Origin: Chrysomallon squamiferum
Lineage: Eukaryota; Animalia; Mollusca
Direction of reading: 5' to 3'
Length of the DNA: 64,000 nucleotides
NCBI GenBank assembly: GCA_012295275.1
Contig: CM022670.1
Span: 38,440,001-38,504,000 of the forward strand
Shown: positions 1 through 12,547 of the stretch, piece by piece
How positions within the stretch are numbered: position 1 is the first letter of the stretch
How the letters are laid out: each line of letters begins with the position of its first letter
Notes under the pieces: model-generated
What the model saw: only the letters and a program-made list of their open reading frames with translations
Told to the model about the DNA's origin: nothing
Databases searched by the model: none
Made by a program: the position numbers and the translations under genes

Positions 1-476
1 GTCACGAAGATCAATTGTTAAAAAAAAAAAAAAATAACCGGTAATTGTTAATAATGAGTTACGTGTTTGAATAAACAAGAAGAAGAAGAAAGAAAAAAAA
101 AAAATAGAAAAAAGACAGAAAGACAGTATGACAATGATGATTTATTTTTGTAAACTAATTGGACAATGTCACGCTTTGTCTCTTTGTTGTAAAGCAAATG
201 TTCGTTTATTATTATAATTATTGTTGTTGTTGTTGTTGTTTTTATTGCTGTTGATGCACTGTTGTTGATGTTGTTGTTATAGTTAATCTATTGTTCGTGT
301 ATTTTCTGTTCTCGCAAGTTCTTTTTATAAATAATTTTCATCACTACGGTTTTTTATTTGTTATTCTTTATTTTAATTTCTTCCTTTCTCTCTCTCCGCT
401 CTATTTAATTTCTACTTTGTTTTTCTTTTTTTACTTTTCTTTTCTGTTTCTCATTTTATTTATTTTTAAATTTTAA

Positions 477-530
<54 letters not shown>

Positions 531-788
531 CTGTGAAAAGAGGCTAATCCGATTTTGAGATAATAATAAAACACGGTGTGACGTTGCCCATTGACGACTG
601 CAATTTTTCCATCAGACTTAAAAACAGCCGTCATTATTCATTAACTCAGACACAGTAACACACAAATAGCTGCTAGCAGGGGTTATTTGCTTCTCTTTCT
701 TTATGACTGTTTAACTGAGCAATCAGCGAGACACAATTATTTCTTCGTATTTTTTTTCTGTTTTTGTTTGCGTGAGTGTGTGTGTGTG

Positions 789-833
<45 letters not shown>

Positions 834-944
834 ATAATGATAGAACGAAATATACAGCATATGGAACTGAGATTACACTTATGTGAAATTCTTTATATGC
901 AAAAACTGTTAATTGTTTAAGCAATGAATTCGTATACAATATAA

Positions 945-980
<36 letters not shown>

Positions 981-1455
981 CATAAAAAAATAATAATAAT
1001 AATAATAAGTTAGCTGTTATTAGGGCTCACGTTATGATTTTGTGAGAGTGCAAAACTTCTTTTTAACTATTGTTTTAATTGGAGTAATATTGATAACCAG
1101 GGAGATGTTTAGCACGCCTGTCATGGGCACGGCTACAGACCTCTACGTAGGTGTGTTGAAGACTGATCTTTGTTCGCTGTGTAATTTTATAACATAAATC
1201 TGTTCAGGTTTTAACTGTTCAGACGTGCGTCTGTATCTCATTTAGTGTTCTGATTAAAAACTGTTTGCTCATTAGCATCAAGGGCACTTTTATTTTCAAT
1301 TAGTCGCGAATAGTAAAGTGCACACCTTATCTTTTAATCCAGAGCACAGGCTGAAACATTTATCCTGCTCAACGCTTCTCAGCGAGTGATTTAACCTACC
1401 TGTCACAGGTAAATGTGATTATAAACTCAATAACCTTAACTACTTACAAAAAAAA

Positions 1456-1486
<31 letters not shown>

Positions 1487-2211
1487 AAAGAGAAAGAAAA
1501 GCACTAATAATTAGTACGATTGTTATAATACGTTATGGTGTCGGGAGTTTAATCTGCCTTTAAATCGTTTTAATCACTAATCCGTGACAATCCGATTAAC
1601 TTCTATCCTTTCTTTAATCCATCAAGTGTCGACTTTTTTTCTCTCCCCCAAGCACACGAGTTACTTAATAATACTTATTATCATTTCATTAATCCATTTA
1701 ACTCTTTATCTTTCTTTTCTTTTCTTTTTTTTTTCCATATTAATCGCTTAATGGCGAGTATTTCTGTGCTTTCACAACTTCTTTCTTGCATAAAAAACGC
1801 TTAAATTATATCATAATACACAATCGTAGATAACAAGATTTTTTTTTTTTTTTTTTCTGGAAGCTAAAACAAAACAATGAAAAAAAAAAAAGACCAGCAG
1901 TAAAGCAAAAGCGATTTAAATATATTTTCATAACTCAGTAACTGCCTTCTCGGTAAGTGTGTTTGTTTGAGAACTAACGCATTGAGAGTCAGTGGATGTG
2001 TCATACTGCCATGTTGTAAAAGAAAATATTTTGTTTTCTTTCGTATCTGTTCACTTTTCAAACGAGCTGCTGAATAGTCACTGCAAGAGATCAGAACAGC
2101 ATCTTCGCGTCGAATGTTCATTTGGCTTTGGCGTTTTATTGTTTTGAGTTTATTTTTAAGAAAACATTTTTCAGTATAAAAATTCTGGATTAAGCGAAAT
2201 CTAGAAAGATT

Positions 2212-3063
2212 ATGTCTAGCATGTTTGCCAGAAATAACACACACGTGCCTTCTGAGAAACGATATCATATCTCAGTTGCCAAGGAAACAAAAGATCTGGC
2301 CTTGTTTTGTCGCGTTTTGGACAAAAACCGGAAACAAATGCTGAACGATCTTTCGCAGAATGAGAACATGTTCAGAAAACGTTACTCGGATTTGTTGCCA
2401 GGGAGACAGAAAATGGAAACTGACGAGTGTAAATCTGAACGCTTGAAACAAATGCAGTCGTTCGAAGCTTCGAGGTTTTCCGTCATCAAGGAAAACATCC
2501 AGACGTTTCTAAACGGAGTCGTTTTCCAAATTAATTCGACGAAAAGACTTTCCGTAGCGAAAGAGCAGGGCTCGAAACAAGATGTGAACCAGAATCTGAA
2601 CCAGAATTTGGAACTGGATGAAGATATGCATCAGGATGCAAAAGAAGATTTAAATCAGAATTTGAAACAAGATTTGAGTCCGAATTTCAAACAAGATTTG
2701 CATCGGAAATCGAAACAAGACCCGAATAAGGATTTAAAACATCTCAAACTGGATCTGAATCAAAATGTGATAGTGGATTTTAAACAGGAACGAGTGATTC
2801 CGTGGACGTGGAACGCAAACAAAGAAAACAGTGAAAACATGAAAACACAACACAGCGACAGATCCGGCTCTGTGAGGTCGCAGAGATCATCAACTTCCGG
2901 TCGTCTGTCTCGGCAGACGAGTTGCGCGAGTCACTCAAAGACGACAAAACCAGGATCGAGTCTCTCCGATTACCGCCTGCTTCGCAGATCGTCTTTTCCG
3001 GGGATGACGTCACAGTTGTCTGCTCGCAGACCGAGTCTGCCAAAGTTTCGCCTCTGTTATTAA
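2212..3063 (+). CDS. Intronless uncharacterised 283-aa protein (helical N-terminus, 4/8-aa KQDLNQNL-type repeats, Ser/Arg-rich tail)
   Basis: 852-nt ATG-started ORF, clearly more GC/CpG-rich than its flanks, non-microsatellite composition. AATAAA at ~3185. No family recognised. Confidence 0.7.
   Translation: MSSMFARNNTHVPSEKRYHISVAKETKDLALFCRVLDKNRKQMLNDLSQNENMFRKRYSDLLPGRQKMETDECKSERLKQMQSFEASRFSVIKENIQTFLNGVVFQINSTKRLSVAKEQGSKQDVNQNLNQNLELDEDMHQDAKEDLNQNLKQDLSPNFKQDLHRKSKQDPNKDLKHLKLDLNQNVIVDFKQERVIPWTWNANKENSENMKTQHSDRSGSVRSQRSSTSGRLSRQTSCASHSKTTKPGSSLSDYRLLRRSSFPGMTSQLSARRPSLPKFRLCY
2575..2790 (+). repeat. Coding 12/24-bp degenerate tandem repeat (AAACAAGATTTGAATCAGAATTTG-like)
   Basis: Encodes KQDVNQNL, KEDLNQNL, KQDLSPNF, KQDLHRKS, KQDPNKDL, KLDLNQNV. 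Confidence 0.8.
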
Positions 3064-3196
3064 AGTTTTAAATTATGAACATCAGCGGAATCGAGGATTT
3101 TTTAATTTCTGGCTGTTAAACATTACTGTGAAGAAATTAACTTTGACGACAGAATAAGTATAGATATAAATACAGAAAATAACGAATAAATAAACA

Positions 3197-3242
<46 letters not shown>

Positions 3243-3473
3243 TAAAAATAAAAATAAAATTATAATTACCTTTTAATTACGATTTTTTTTTAAAATATCA
3301 TATTTATTTCTAATTTTAATTTTAACTAATAACTAGTATTAATTAAGATTTATACTAATAAACTGAATAGATTATATTTTCAAAAACTTAAACACCAGTT
3401 GGGGAAACTTAAATTATTTTTATACATAAGACCCCCACACCGGTTTTGTGAGTGTCTCATTGTAGTTATAATA

Positions 3474-3617
3474 CAGAATCCTTTATCCGAAATGGCTGGT
3501 ATCGGAAGTGTTTCGGATTTCTGAATTTATTCGGAATTTGGAATATAACGAGAATAGGATCTAAGTCTACATACAAACTACATATTTCAAACACAACTCG
3601 TACAAATAATTTGCAGG

Positions 3618-3658
<41 letters not shown>

Positions 3659-3788
3659 GTAATATTTTTACTCATTTTGTAATATAAAATGAATTTTGTG
3701 TAGGCAAAACAATCCTAAAACTATTTCTCGGATAAGGTTTTCGGAGCTTTTCGGATTTCGGAATTTCCGATAAGGGATTCTTAACCTG
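3474..3788. mobile_element. Non-autonomous pogo/Tigger-type MITE (Tigger4/MER46-like)
   Basis: TA on both sides. Left end CAGAATCCTTTATCCGAAAT, right end ATTTCCGATAAGGGATTCTTAACCTG (imperfect TIR). Internal TTTCGGATTT sub-repeats recall MER46/Zombi elements. Confidence 0.7.
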
Positions 3789-5243
3789 TAATTGTTATGA
3801 AATATCAAACATAAGCATAGTCATTATAAACATATCAACTGAAAGGATCGTTTTAATGTACATTCCAGTAAACAGTGAAACTCATACGATAAACTTTTAT
3901 GGCTGTAATAAGAAAATATGTTCAGTATTTTTTTTGTTTTTTTTTTAACGGGGGAAACTCATATAGAGGGACGATCCTTTCATATAAGTGTAAAAAAATA
4001 AAAAATAAAAAAATAATAATAATAATAATAATAATAAAATAGAACCGACAGTATGTAATTTTCTTTCTTTCACAACAATATTAAATTTTTAATTTTCTTT
4101 TTTAAATTTAAAATTAAATTACTGCAGTGAATATTACAGCGACTTTTTTTTTTTTTTTTTTTTTTTACAAGTAGGTACTGAATTAATAATACTTATATGT
4201 TAAATATCTTTCAGATCTGTTCATAATTATCGCAACGTGTTTAATTTGTTTTGTTTAGAGAAAGTTGACTGTTGATTTTAAAACGCAGACTGTTCTGCTT
4301 GACTGTCTTTAGATGAAGACTGGCCAATGTGTCACTTAAAAAAAAAAAAAAAAAAAAAAAATTATACGGATCTCTTGGCATTATCGATCACTTGTCGGAA
4401 GGGAGATAATTCAGTTTACGTACTCAGAGATAACTCTTAAATAAGATTTAGGAATTGTTTTTTTTTTACTTTCTTGATTTAAGTATTCGATGACTTCACT
4501 TTAAATAATAATAACAATAATCAAAACCATTTTGTTGTTTATTTTTACTATTTTCTGTAAACAATTAAATAATAAATTATACAAAACAAAACAAAAAAAA
4601 AGAAGAAGAAGAAGAAAAGAATTTTAAATCATTTTTGTAATTTGTTTTTATTATTCATTATAAACAGAAACAATTAAATGAAATAAAAATGGTATTTAAA
4701 ACTACTGTGTGTTTGTTTTTACAAATTTTAATACAAATAATAAATACATCAGCAATAGTTCAGATAGTGTGTTTGTATTAAACATTTTTTTATTGTAACG
4801 TTCCATACACTATTAATAAAAAATTACAAATTGTTGTTAATTATTCCTCACAATTGTAAATTATTATTTTAATATACAGCGACAGTGATGACCCCCCCAC
4901 ACACACACCCAGCTAAGTGTGGCTAATAAGGAATAACTGATATCTGAAAATGCATTGGTCTAGAGGACTGTTCACCATAGCTACAGAACATGAAATGTTG
5001 TAATTAAAATAAATTAATTAAAAGAATTTAGTACAATTTATCTTTCAGTTTTTCGAAATATTAAGAATAAAGTACACGACAGAATAAATAATTCTATGTT
5101 TAAACAGCAATAATTTTCTGAACTGTTTAGCGTGAAGAATTGAGTCCAATGTTTTGTTAAAACTGTTTTTCTGGAAAAGTTTTATCCTATCATCATCAAA
5201 CCAATACCTTTTGAAGTGATTTCTTGACGAAATTTTTTTTTTT

Positions 5244-5275
<32 letters not shown>

Positions 5276-5786
5276 TTTTTTTTTGGGGGGCAAATTTGTT
5301 GTTGTTGTTGCTGTTTTGTTATATCTTTGAATGTCCAAAATGTTATTAAGTACACTGAGATATCTATTATTTTTATCTTTCATGCACCGCATACGTTTCT
5401 CGTAATGACTCAATCTCGAACGATACCTCTCGATAAATAATAATAAATGTTTATTTTATTTTAAACACTATATTCTACATCTACTTCAGACCAATCTGGC
5501 ATATAAGAAATGCACAGAGAGTTAAGATTTAGCATTTTTATCAAATTTATTACTAGTAAAGATTGTATATTTAATGATTTTCATTTCATCTGAAGTATTA
5601 TCAAACATTAAAAATGATTATGAAGTGAGAAACTGTACAATAATTTAAAAAAAAAAAATCAAACAAGAGAAAAAAATCATATATATGTATGTAGGATTTA
5701 AGATCTTAAGTTATAATCAGTTGTAATTTATGTACGTAGTTGTCTAATAACATAAGAGAATTGGAAACAGATTATTCGCATGAGCG

Positions 5787-5799
5787 GTTGCTTGGTAAC
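5787..5799. promoter_or_regulatory. RFX X-box-like palindrome GTTGCTTGGTAAC
   Basis: Near-consensus X-box in a small GC-rich island. Target gene unknown. Confidence 0.4.
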
Positions 5800-6270
5800 C
5801 GTGACCAAGAAGCAGACGTTGAACAACAAGCAGTAGTTAAATTTTATGGGTTTTTAAAATTTGGCTGTTTCGTCAAAATATTTAGAATACTGCATTTCAC
5901 AAATACTTATTCTAAACGAAACAAGTGCAACATGCCAATATACCGACTAGTTTCTCTGCTCTTCCGCTAGTCATTTTATCAGTCATAAAACTGGGACACA
6001 TAACTAATGCTTCTGGACAGGACAAGCGTACTTGGTAAAAGTTTGCAAAGATAATCTTACATTAAATATGCTATCGAAATCCTGTTTCAAAAAAAAAAAA
6101 AAAAAAATACATATCTAGTTATGTAATGGTGGGAATGATATAATTATTATATGATGACAAAGAAAGAAAATGATGCACTGAAGGAAGGTTGACATAAATA
6201 ATTTTCTTCATTTCACAGCATTTACATATAAATGAACTATATATCGTTACAAAACCTATTATAATAATAA

Positions 6271-6301
<31 letters not shown>

Positions 6302-6339
6302 AATAAAATAAAATAAAATAAAATAAAATAAAATAATAC

Positions 6340-6568
6340 AAATATACACAAAAACATAAAAAATAAAACGAAATAAACGCCGATATATGTTTCTAGGTAC
6401 GAAGACTCAGACTTTTTAAGAATTTTTCACTAAACGAAATTTTATTTTATGGTTACCCAGTCTTTATAAGAATTTCTCACTAATCGAAATTTTATTTATT
6501 TAAATATATTTATTTATCTGCATTTTTAAAATAATAATAATAAGAAGAAGAAGAAGAAGAAGAAGAAG

Positions 6569-6607
<39 letters not shown>

Positions 6608-7599
6608 TAATTAATTAACAAAATCAAAAAAGACACAAAAACACAAAAATAAAACGAAATAAACTGAAGTATATATTAATGTACGTACATCAGTTTGTAG
6701 GTATGGCGACTCAGTCTTTTGAAGAATTCCCATTAAACGAGCTATTTTATTTATTTATTTTTTATTTTTTAATTTGTTTAATCTGCTTTTTATAAAATAA
6801 TAATAATAATAATAATAAATAAATAGATAAATAAATAAATAAATAAATAAATAAATACATGAAATAAAGTAAAAAATCAAACGAAATAAACTCAAATATA
6901 TGTTTCTAGATATGGAGACTTAGTCTTTTTAAGAATTTCTCACTAAACGAAATTTTATTTTATGGTTACTCAGTCTTTATAAGAATTTCTCACTAATCGA
7001 AATTTTTTTATTTATATATTTATTTATCTGCATTTTTAAAATAATAATAATAATAATAATAATAATTAATTAATTAATTAACAAAATAAAATAAGAATAA
7101 AACGAAATAATAAACATATAATTAATTAATTAATTAAAAAAATAATCTGAAAAAGACACAAAAACACAAAAAATAAAACGAAATAAACTGAAGTATATAT
7201 TAATGTAAAATAAAATACATCAGTTTGTAACTCAAATATATATTTCTATGGAGACTCAGTCTTTTTAAGAATTCCCATTAAACGATTTTATTTTATTTAT
7301 TTATTTTTTTTTTTTTTTTATATATTTGTTTAATCTGCTTTTTAAAAATAATAATAATAATAATAAAAAAATAAATAAATAAATAAATAAATGAAATAAA
7401 ACAAAAATCAAACGAAATAAACTCAAATATATGTTTCTAGGTATGGAGACTTAGTCTTTTTAAGAATTTCTCATTAAACGAAGCTTTTTTATGTTTTTAT
7501 TTTTTTATTTTATGGTTTACCCAGTTTTTTATAATAATAATAATAATTCTCACTAATTGAAATTTTTTTATTTATATATTTATTTATCTGCATTTTTAA

Positions 7600-7660
<61 letters not shown>

Positions 7661-8094
7661 TAATTAATTAATTAATTAACAAAATAAAATAAGACACAAA
7701 AACACAAAAATAATACGAAATAAACTGAAGTATATATTAATGTACGTACATCAGTTTGTAGGTATGGCGACTCAGTCTTTTGAAGAATTCCCATTAAACG
7801 AGCTATTTTATTTATTTATTTTTTTATTTTTAATTTGTTTAATCCGCTTTTTATAAAATAATAATAATAATAATAAATAAATAAATACATGAAATAAAGT
7901 AAAAAATGAAACGAAATAAACTCAAATATATGTTTCTAGGTATGGAGACTTAGTCTTTTTAAGAATTTCTCACTAAACGAAATTTTATTTTATGGTTACC
8001 CAGTCTTTATAAGAATTTCTCACTAATCGAAATTTTTTTATTTATATATTTATTTATCTGCATTTTTAAAATAATAATAATAATAATAATGAAG

Positions 8095-8125
<31 letters not shown>

Positions 8126-8342
8126 TAATTAATTAATTAATTAATTAACAAAATAAAAAAAGACACAAAAACACAAAAATAAAACGAAATAAACTGAAAC
8201 ATATATTAATGTACGTACATCAGTTTGTAGGTATGGAGACTCAGTCTTTTTAAAAATTCCCATTAAACGAGCTATTTTATTTTTTTTTTTTTTTTGATTT
8301 TTAATTTAATTAATAATAATTTTAATAAAATAATAATAATAA

Positions 8343-8373
<31 letters not shown>

Positions 8374-8594
8374 AATAAAATAAAATAAAATAAAAAATCA
8401 AACGAAATAAACTCAAATATATGTTTCTAGGTATGGAGACTTAGACTTTTTAAGAATTTCTCATTAAACGAAATTTTATTTTATGGATACCCAGTCTTTA
8501 TAAGAATTTCTCACTAATCGAAATTTTATTTATTTATATATTTATTTATCTACATTTTTAAAATAATAATAATAAGAAGAAGAAGAAGAAGAAG

Positions 8595-8641
<47 letters not shown>

Positions 8642-9078
8642 TAATTAATTAATTAACAAAACAAAATCAAAAAAGACACAAAAACACAAAAATAAAACGA
8701 AATAAACTGAAGTATATATTAATGTACGTACATCAGTTTGTAGGTATGGCGACTCAGTCTTTTGAAGAATTCCCATTAAACGAGCTATTTTATTTATTTA
8801 TTTTTTTATTTTTAATTTGTTTAATCCGCTTTTTATAAAATAATAATAATAAATAAATAAATACTTGAAATAAAGTAAAAAATAAAACGAAATAAACTCA
8901 AATATATGTTTCTAGGTATGGAGACTTAGTCTTTTTAAGAATTTCTCACTAAACGAAATTTTATTTTATGGATACCCAGTCTTTATAAGAATTTCTCACT
9001 AATCGAAATTTTATTTATTTATATATTTATTTATCTACATTTTTAAAATAATAATAATAATAAGAAGAAGAAGAAGAA

Positions 9079-9123
<45 letters not shown>

Positions 9124-9531
9124 TAATTAATAAAATAAAATAAAATAATACACAAAAACACAAAAATAAAACGAAATAAACTGAAATATATATTTATGTA
9201 CGAACATCAGTTTGTAGGTATGGAGACCCAGTCTTTTTAAGAATTCTCACTAAACGAAATTTTATTTATTTATTTATTTTTATTATTTTTAATCTGCTTT
9301 TTTAATAATAATAATAATAATAATTTATAATAATTATTATTATTATTATTGTTGTTGTTGTTTATTATTATTATAATTATAATTATAATAATAAACAAAT
9401 AAATAAATTTAAATAATACAAATATACACAAAACCTAAAAATAAAACGAAATGAACTGAAACATATATTTATGTACATCATTTCTAGGTTTGGAGACCCA
9501 GTCTTTTTAAGAATTCTGACTAAAGGAAATT

Positions 9532-9566
<35 letters not shown>

Positions 9567-9629
9567 TTTTAATTTATCTGATTTTTTAAAATAATAATAA
9601 TAATAATAACAACAACAACAACAAAAATA

Positions 9630-9670
<41 letters not shown>

Positions 9671-10048
9671 AAAAGCAGATTAAAAAATAATAAAAATATT
9701 GTAAATAAATAAAATTTCGTTTAGTGAGAAATTCTTAAAAAGACTAAGTCTCCATACCTAGAAATATATATTTGAGTTTATTTCATTTATTTTATTTTTT
9801 TATTTCATGTATTTATTTATTTATTTATTATTATTATAATTATAATTATAATAATAAATAAATAAATAAATAAATTTAAATAATACAAATATACACAAAA
9901 CCTAAAAATAAAACGAAATGAACTGAAACATATATTGATGTACATCATTTCTAGGTATGGAGACCCAGTCTTTTTAAGAATTCTCACTAAACGAAATTTT
10001 ATTTTATGGAGACCGAGTCTTTATAAGAATTTCTAACGAAACGAAATT

Positions 10049-10087
<39 letters not shown>

Positions 10088-10110
10088 TTTTAATTTATCT
10101 GATTTTTTAA
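6340..10110. repeat. Complex higher-order tandem repeat (~500-530 bp period) with embedded (AAT)n/(AAG)n/(AAAT)n tracts and one inverted subunit
   Basis: Anchor ACGAAATAAACTGAA recurs at ~6655, 7178, 7716, 8184, 8698, 9171. Core TAGGTATGGAGACTYAGTCTTTTTAAGAATT...TAAACGAAATTTT occurs about twice per unit. Reverse-complement copy at ~9670-9790. Confidence 0.9.
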
Positions 10111-10699
10111 AATAATAATAATAACAACAACAACGACAACAACAGCAATAATAATAATAGCAACAACAACAACAATAATAATAATAATAATAATAATATA
10201 ATAAAATAAAATAATTTTAAAATTTTTTAAATATCGCTTTCCTGCAAACAAAATAATTTTCTTATTATTATATTAAATGAGTAGTAATACATGATTGCTA
10301 CTAGTACTACTACTACTACTATTAAAACTACTACTATTACTATTACTACTACTGTTACTGTTAGTGACGGACTTATAATCAGTGTAATCTACAGTTACAT
10401 GGCGACGTATATAATACTAATGATCATGCTTAAATAATGAGAGAAAACACGCCACATAGTCAATTCAAGCAAGGACATGTGCTTTCCTGTCTGAAATAGC
10501 GCTAGCTCAGTCTTGTGTGACTTTGAGAGCTCGTGAGGGAATAGTATTCTAAATTTTATACATCCTTACATTTTTTCATCAATCGATTGTTTTGCCTATA
10601 AACACACAGAAATGGGTAAAATCAATAATGTAATATATAGTGATAGAGGGAACATATGTAGTTTTGATATTTAACAAAAAACATTAAGAAAAAATATTA

Positions 10700-10800
10700 C
10701 TTAATTTAATATTATCATTTCTTGAAAGATTATGCAACATAAGCATCCCATTCAATCATGTCTACCTTCAAGTATGTTAGTGTTGGCAAACCTTTTATTC
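10700..10800 (+). promoter_or_regulatory. Putative snRNA-type Pol II promoter of U8 copy 1
   Basis: Blocks ATTATGCAACAT (10729-10740), CATCCCATTCA..TGTCTA..TTCAAGTATGT and distal TTTCATCAATCGA (10574-10586) are shared with the upstream region of copy 2, while intervening bases diverge. Confidence 0.55.
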
Positions 10801-10937
10801 ATTGTCATTTGGTAGGATGATTCTTACCTGCGGCCTTTTGGCCTCAGACACATGATGATTATGGGTGATGATTCGCATGAATTACAACCCGCGAGACTGA
10901 GTGACTTGCAACGGCCGCTCAGCTCTCATATCTGAGT
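10801..10937 (+). ncRNA. U8: U8 (SNORD118)-like box C/D snoRNA, copy 1
   Basis: Collinear with recalled vertebrate U8: 5' ATTGTCA..GGATGATTCTTACCTG, hairpin GGCC-TTTT-GGCC, ACATGATGATT (box C), GACTTGCAAC inside a CTGAGTG/CGCTCAG stem, terminal TCTGA (box D). Length ~137 nt. The 5' end is uncertain by a few nt. Confidence 0.85.
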
Positions 10938-12547
10938 CTTTAATTTTTTTTTTTTTTTTAATAAATAATCGTAATAATACAAAGATAAATTTGTAATATT
11001 TACATAATAAAAGCTATGAAAATAAACATTAATTCTTAGACATGTTGGGGGGGAGTTTATTGTTAATACTAGATGTTTATTATAATGCTGTATATGTTTT
11101 AAAATGTTCAATCATGGTAAAAAGGTTTACGACTTAACAAAATTGTAGTAATGATACATGTATGACTCAGCACCTTATCAGATGGATCTTTGTGTGTGTG
11201 TGTGTGTGTGTGGCCATATTGTGTTTTTTAATATTAATCAAATATATGTCTGTTTTTTAGAGCATGTACCTAAATATAATCGAGAAGGTTATTAGTGTTG
11301 TTTGTGCTGTAAGTATGTCCAATTTATTTAGTGCAGCCAAACGTAAAATATCACTTAACAAAGGCTGTATTATATGTGGGTTTCGTAAACAACAGTGGAC
11401 CAACACACGACAACGAATAAAACAGAAGAGTATCGGGTTTCAGATTGTCCAAAAACATCACAACAACAATAACAAATGTACAGTTAAAATTACTGGAACT
11501 TTTGTATCATTTGTAGTTAAAATATTTATTTCTGAGGGAGAGAGAGAGAAAAAAAAACCACATGCACGCACGCACACACACACACACACTAGGAGAAACG
11601 AGAGAAGCTTAGGGCCACGGAATATATGCAGATTAAAGAAACAAACAAAGAAGCAAAGTTTTATCTGTATTGTAAATAATTACATACATTAAATACACAA
11701 TTCTATCATGTTAAATCACTTACCTTTACAGTAAAAAAAAACACGTTTATTTCCTATAATTGTGTTTAATAAAGTTCTAAAAGCAACAAAAAGCCTTTTG
11801 CCACGGAAGATAACTGGTTGCTAAAGCACTCTTTTGTACGTCCCAAATAGTCTCGTTTTTACAACTCCATTTTGTTTCATTAGCTCGCTGATTGTTTTAA
11901 CAGTTGAGACTCGGAAATTGGTTACTGTTTAGAAAAGCATACAGTATATTTAAAAACAAACAAACATGAAATATACAACAATTTAACAACTCTTCAAAGA
12001 TAATTATTATTTATTTATTTATTTATTTATAAAGTAATTTCTGTTTCAAAGAGCATTACGAAATAGCTCAATTTTATTATTATGAAGCTTGAACATAATC
12101 ATTTTATTTAAAACACACTTACTCTTGGGAGTTCATGCATTTGATACACAATTCACATCAATATTTCACAATCACGTATGTATACTATACATCATTCTCA
12201 GGACCACACACAGACCTCGTCTCTGCGAATTATGTTATCTTTTTCAGATCAGATTAAACAGAAAGCAAACTATTTACATGTGGTTCTGTTTAATGGCTAG
12301 AACTTACACACTTTGAATGTAATCAGAAAACACGTGCCTCGTTTAAAATTCCTGGTTCAGGTTGTTTTAATCTGTTACTATAATCATTTTTTTCTTTCTT
12401 TCTTTCTTTTTTCTTTTTTTTTTTTTCTTTCTCAGATTCGTACCTTTAGGTTTCACGTCATATTAAATATAAATGGCAGGCATAGATAGCGAGTGCAGTC
12501 TGAAATATTTAAATGTTTAAACTGTCATCAAAACAGACGAGAAAGCT

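Noticed and set aside
291-939. Short ORFs rich in F/L/ER/SL (also 18002-18813, 21504-22027, 38070-38294, 44633-44842 and similar)
   Set aside because: Translations of microsatellites and AT-rich low-complexity DNA.
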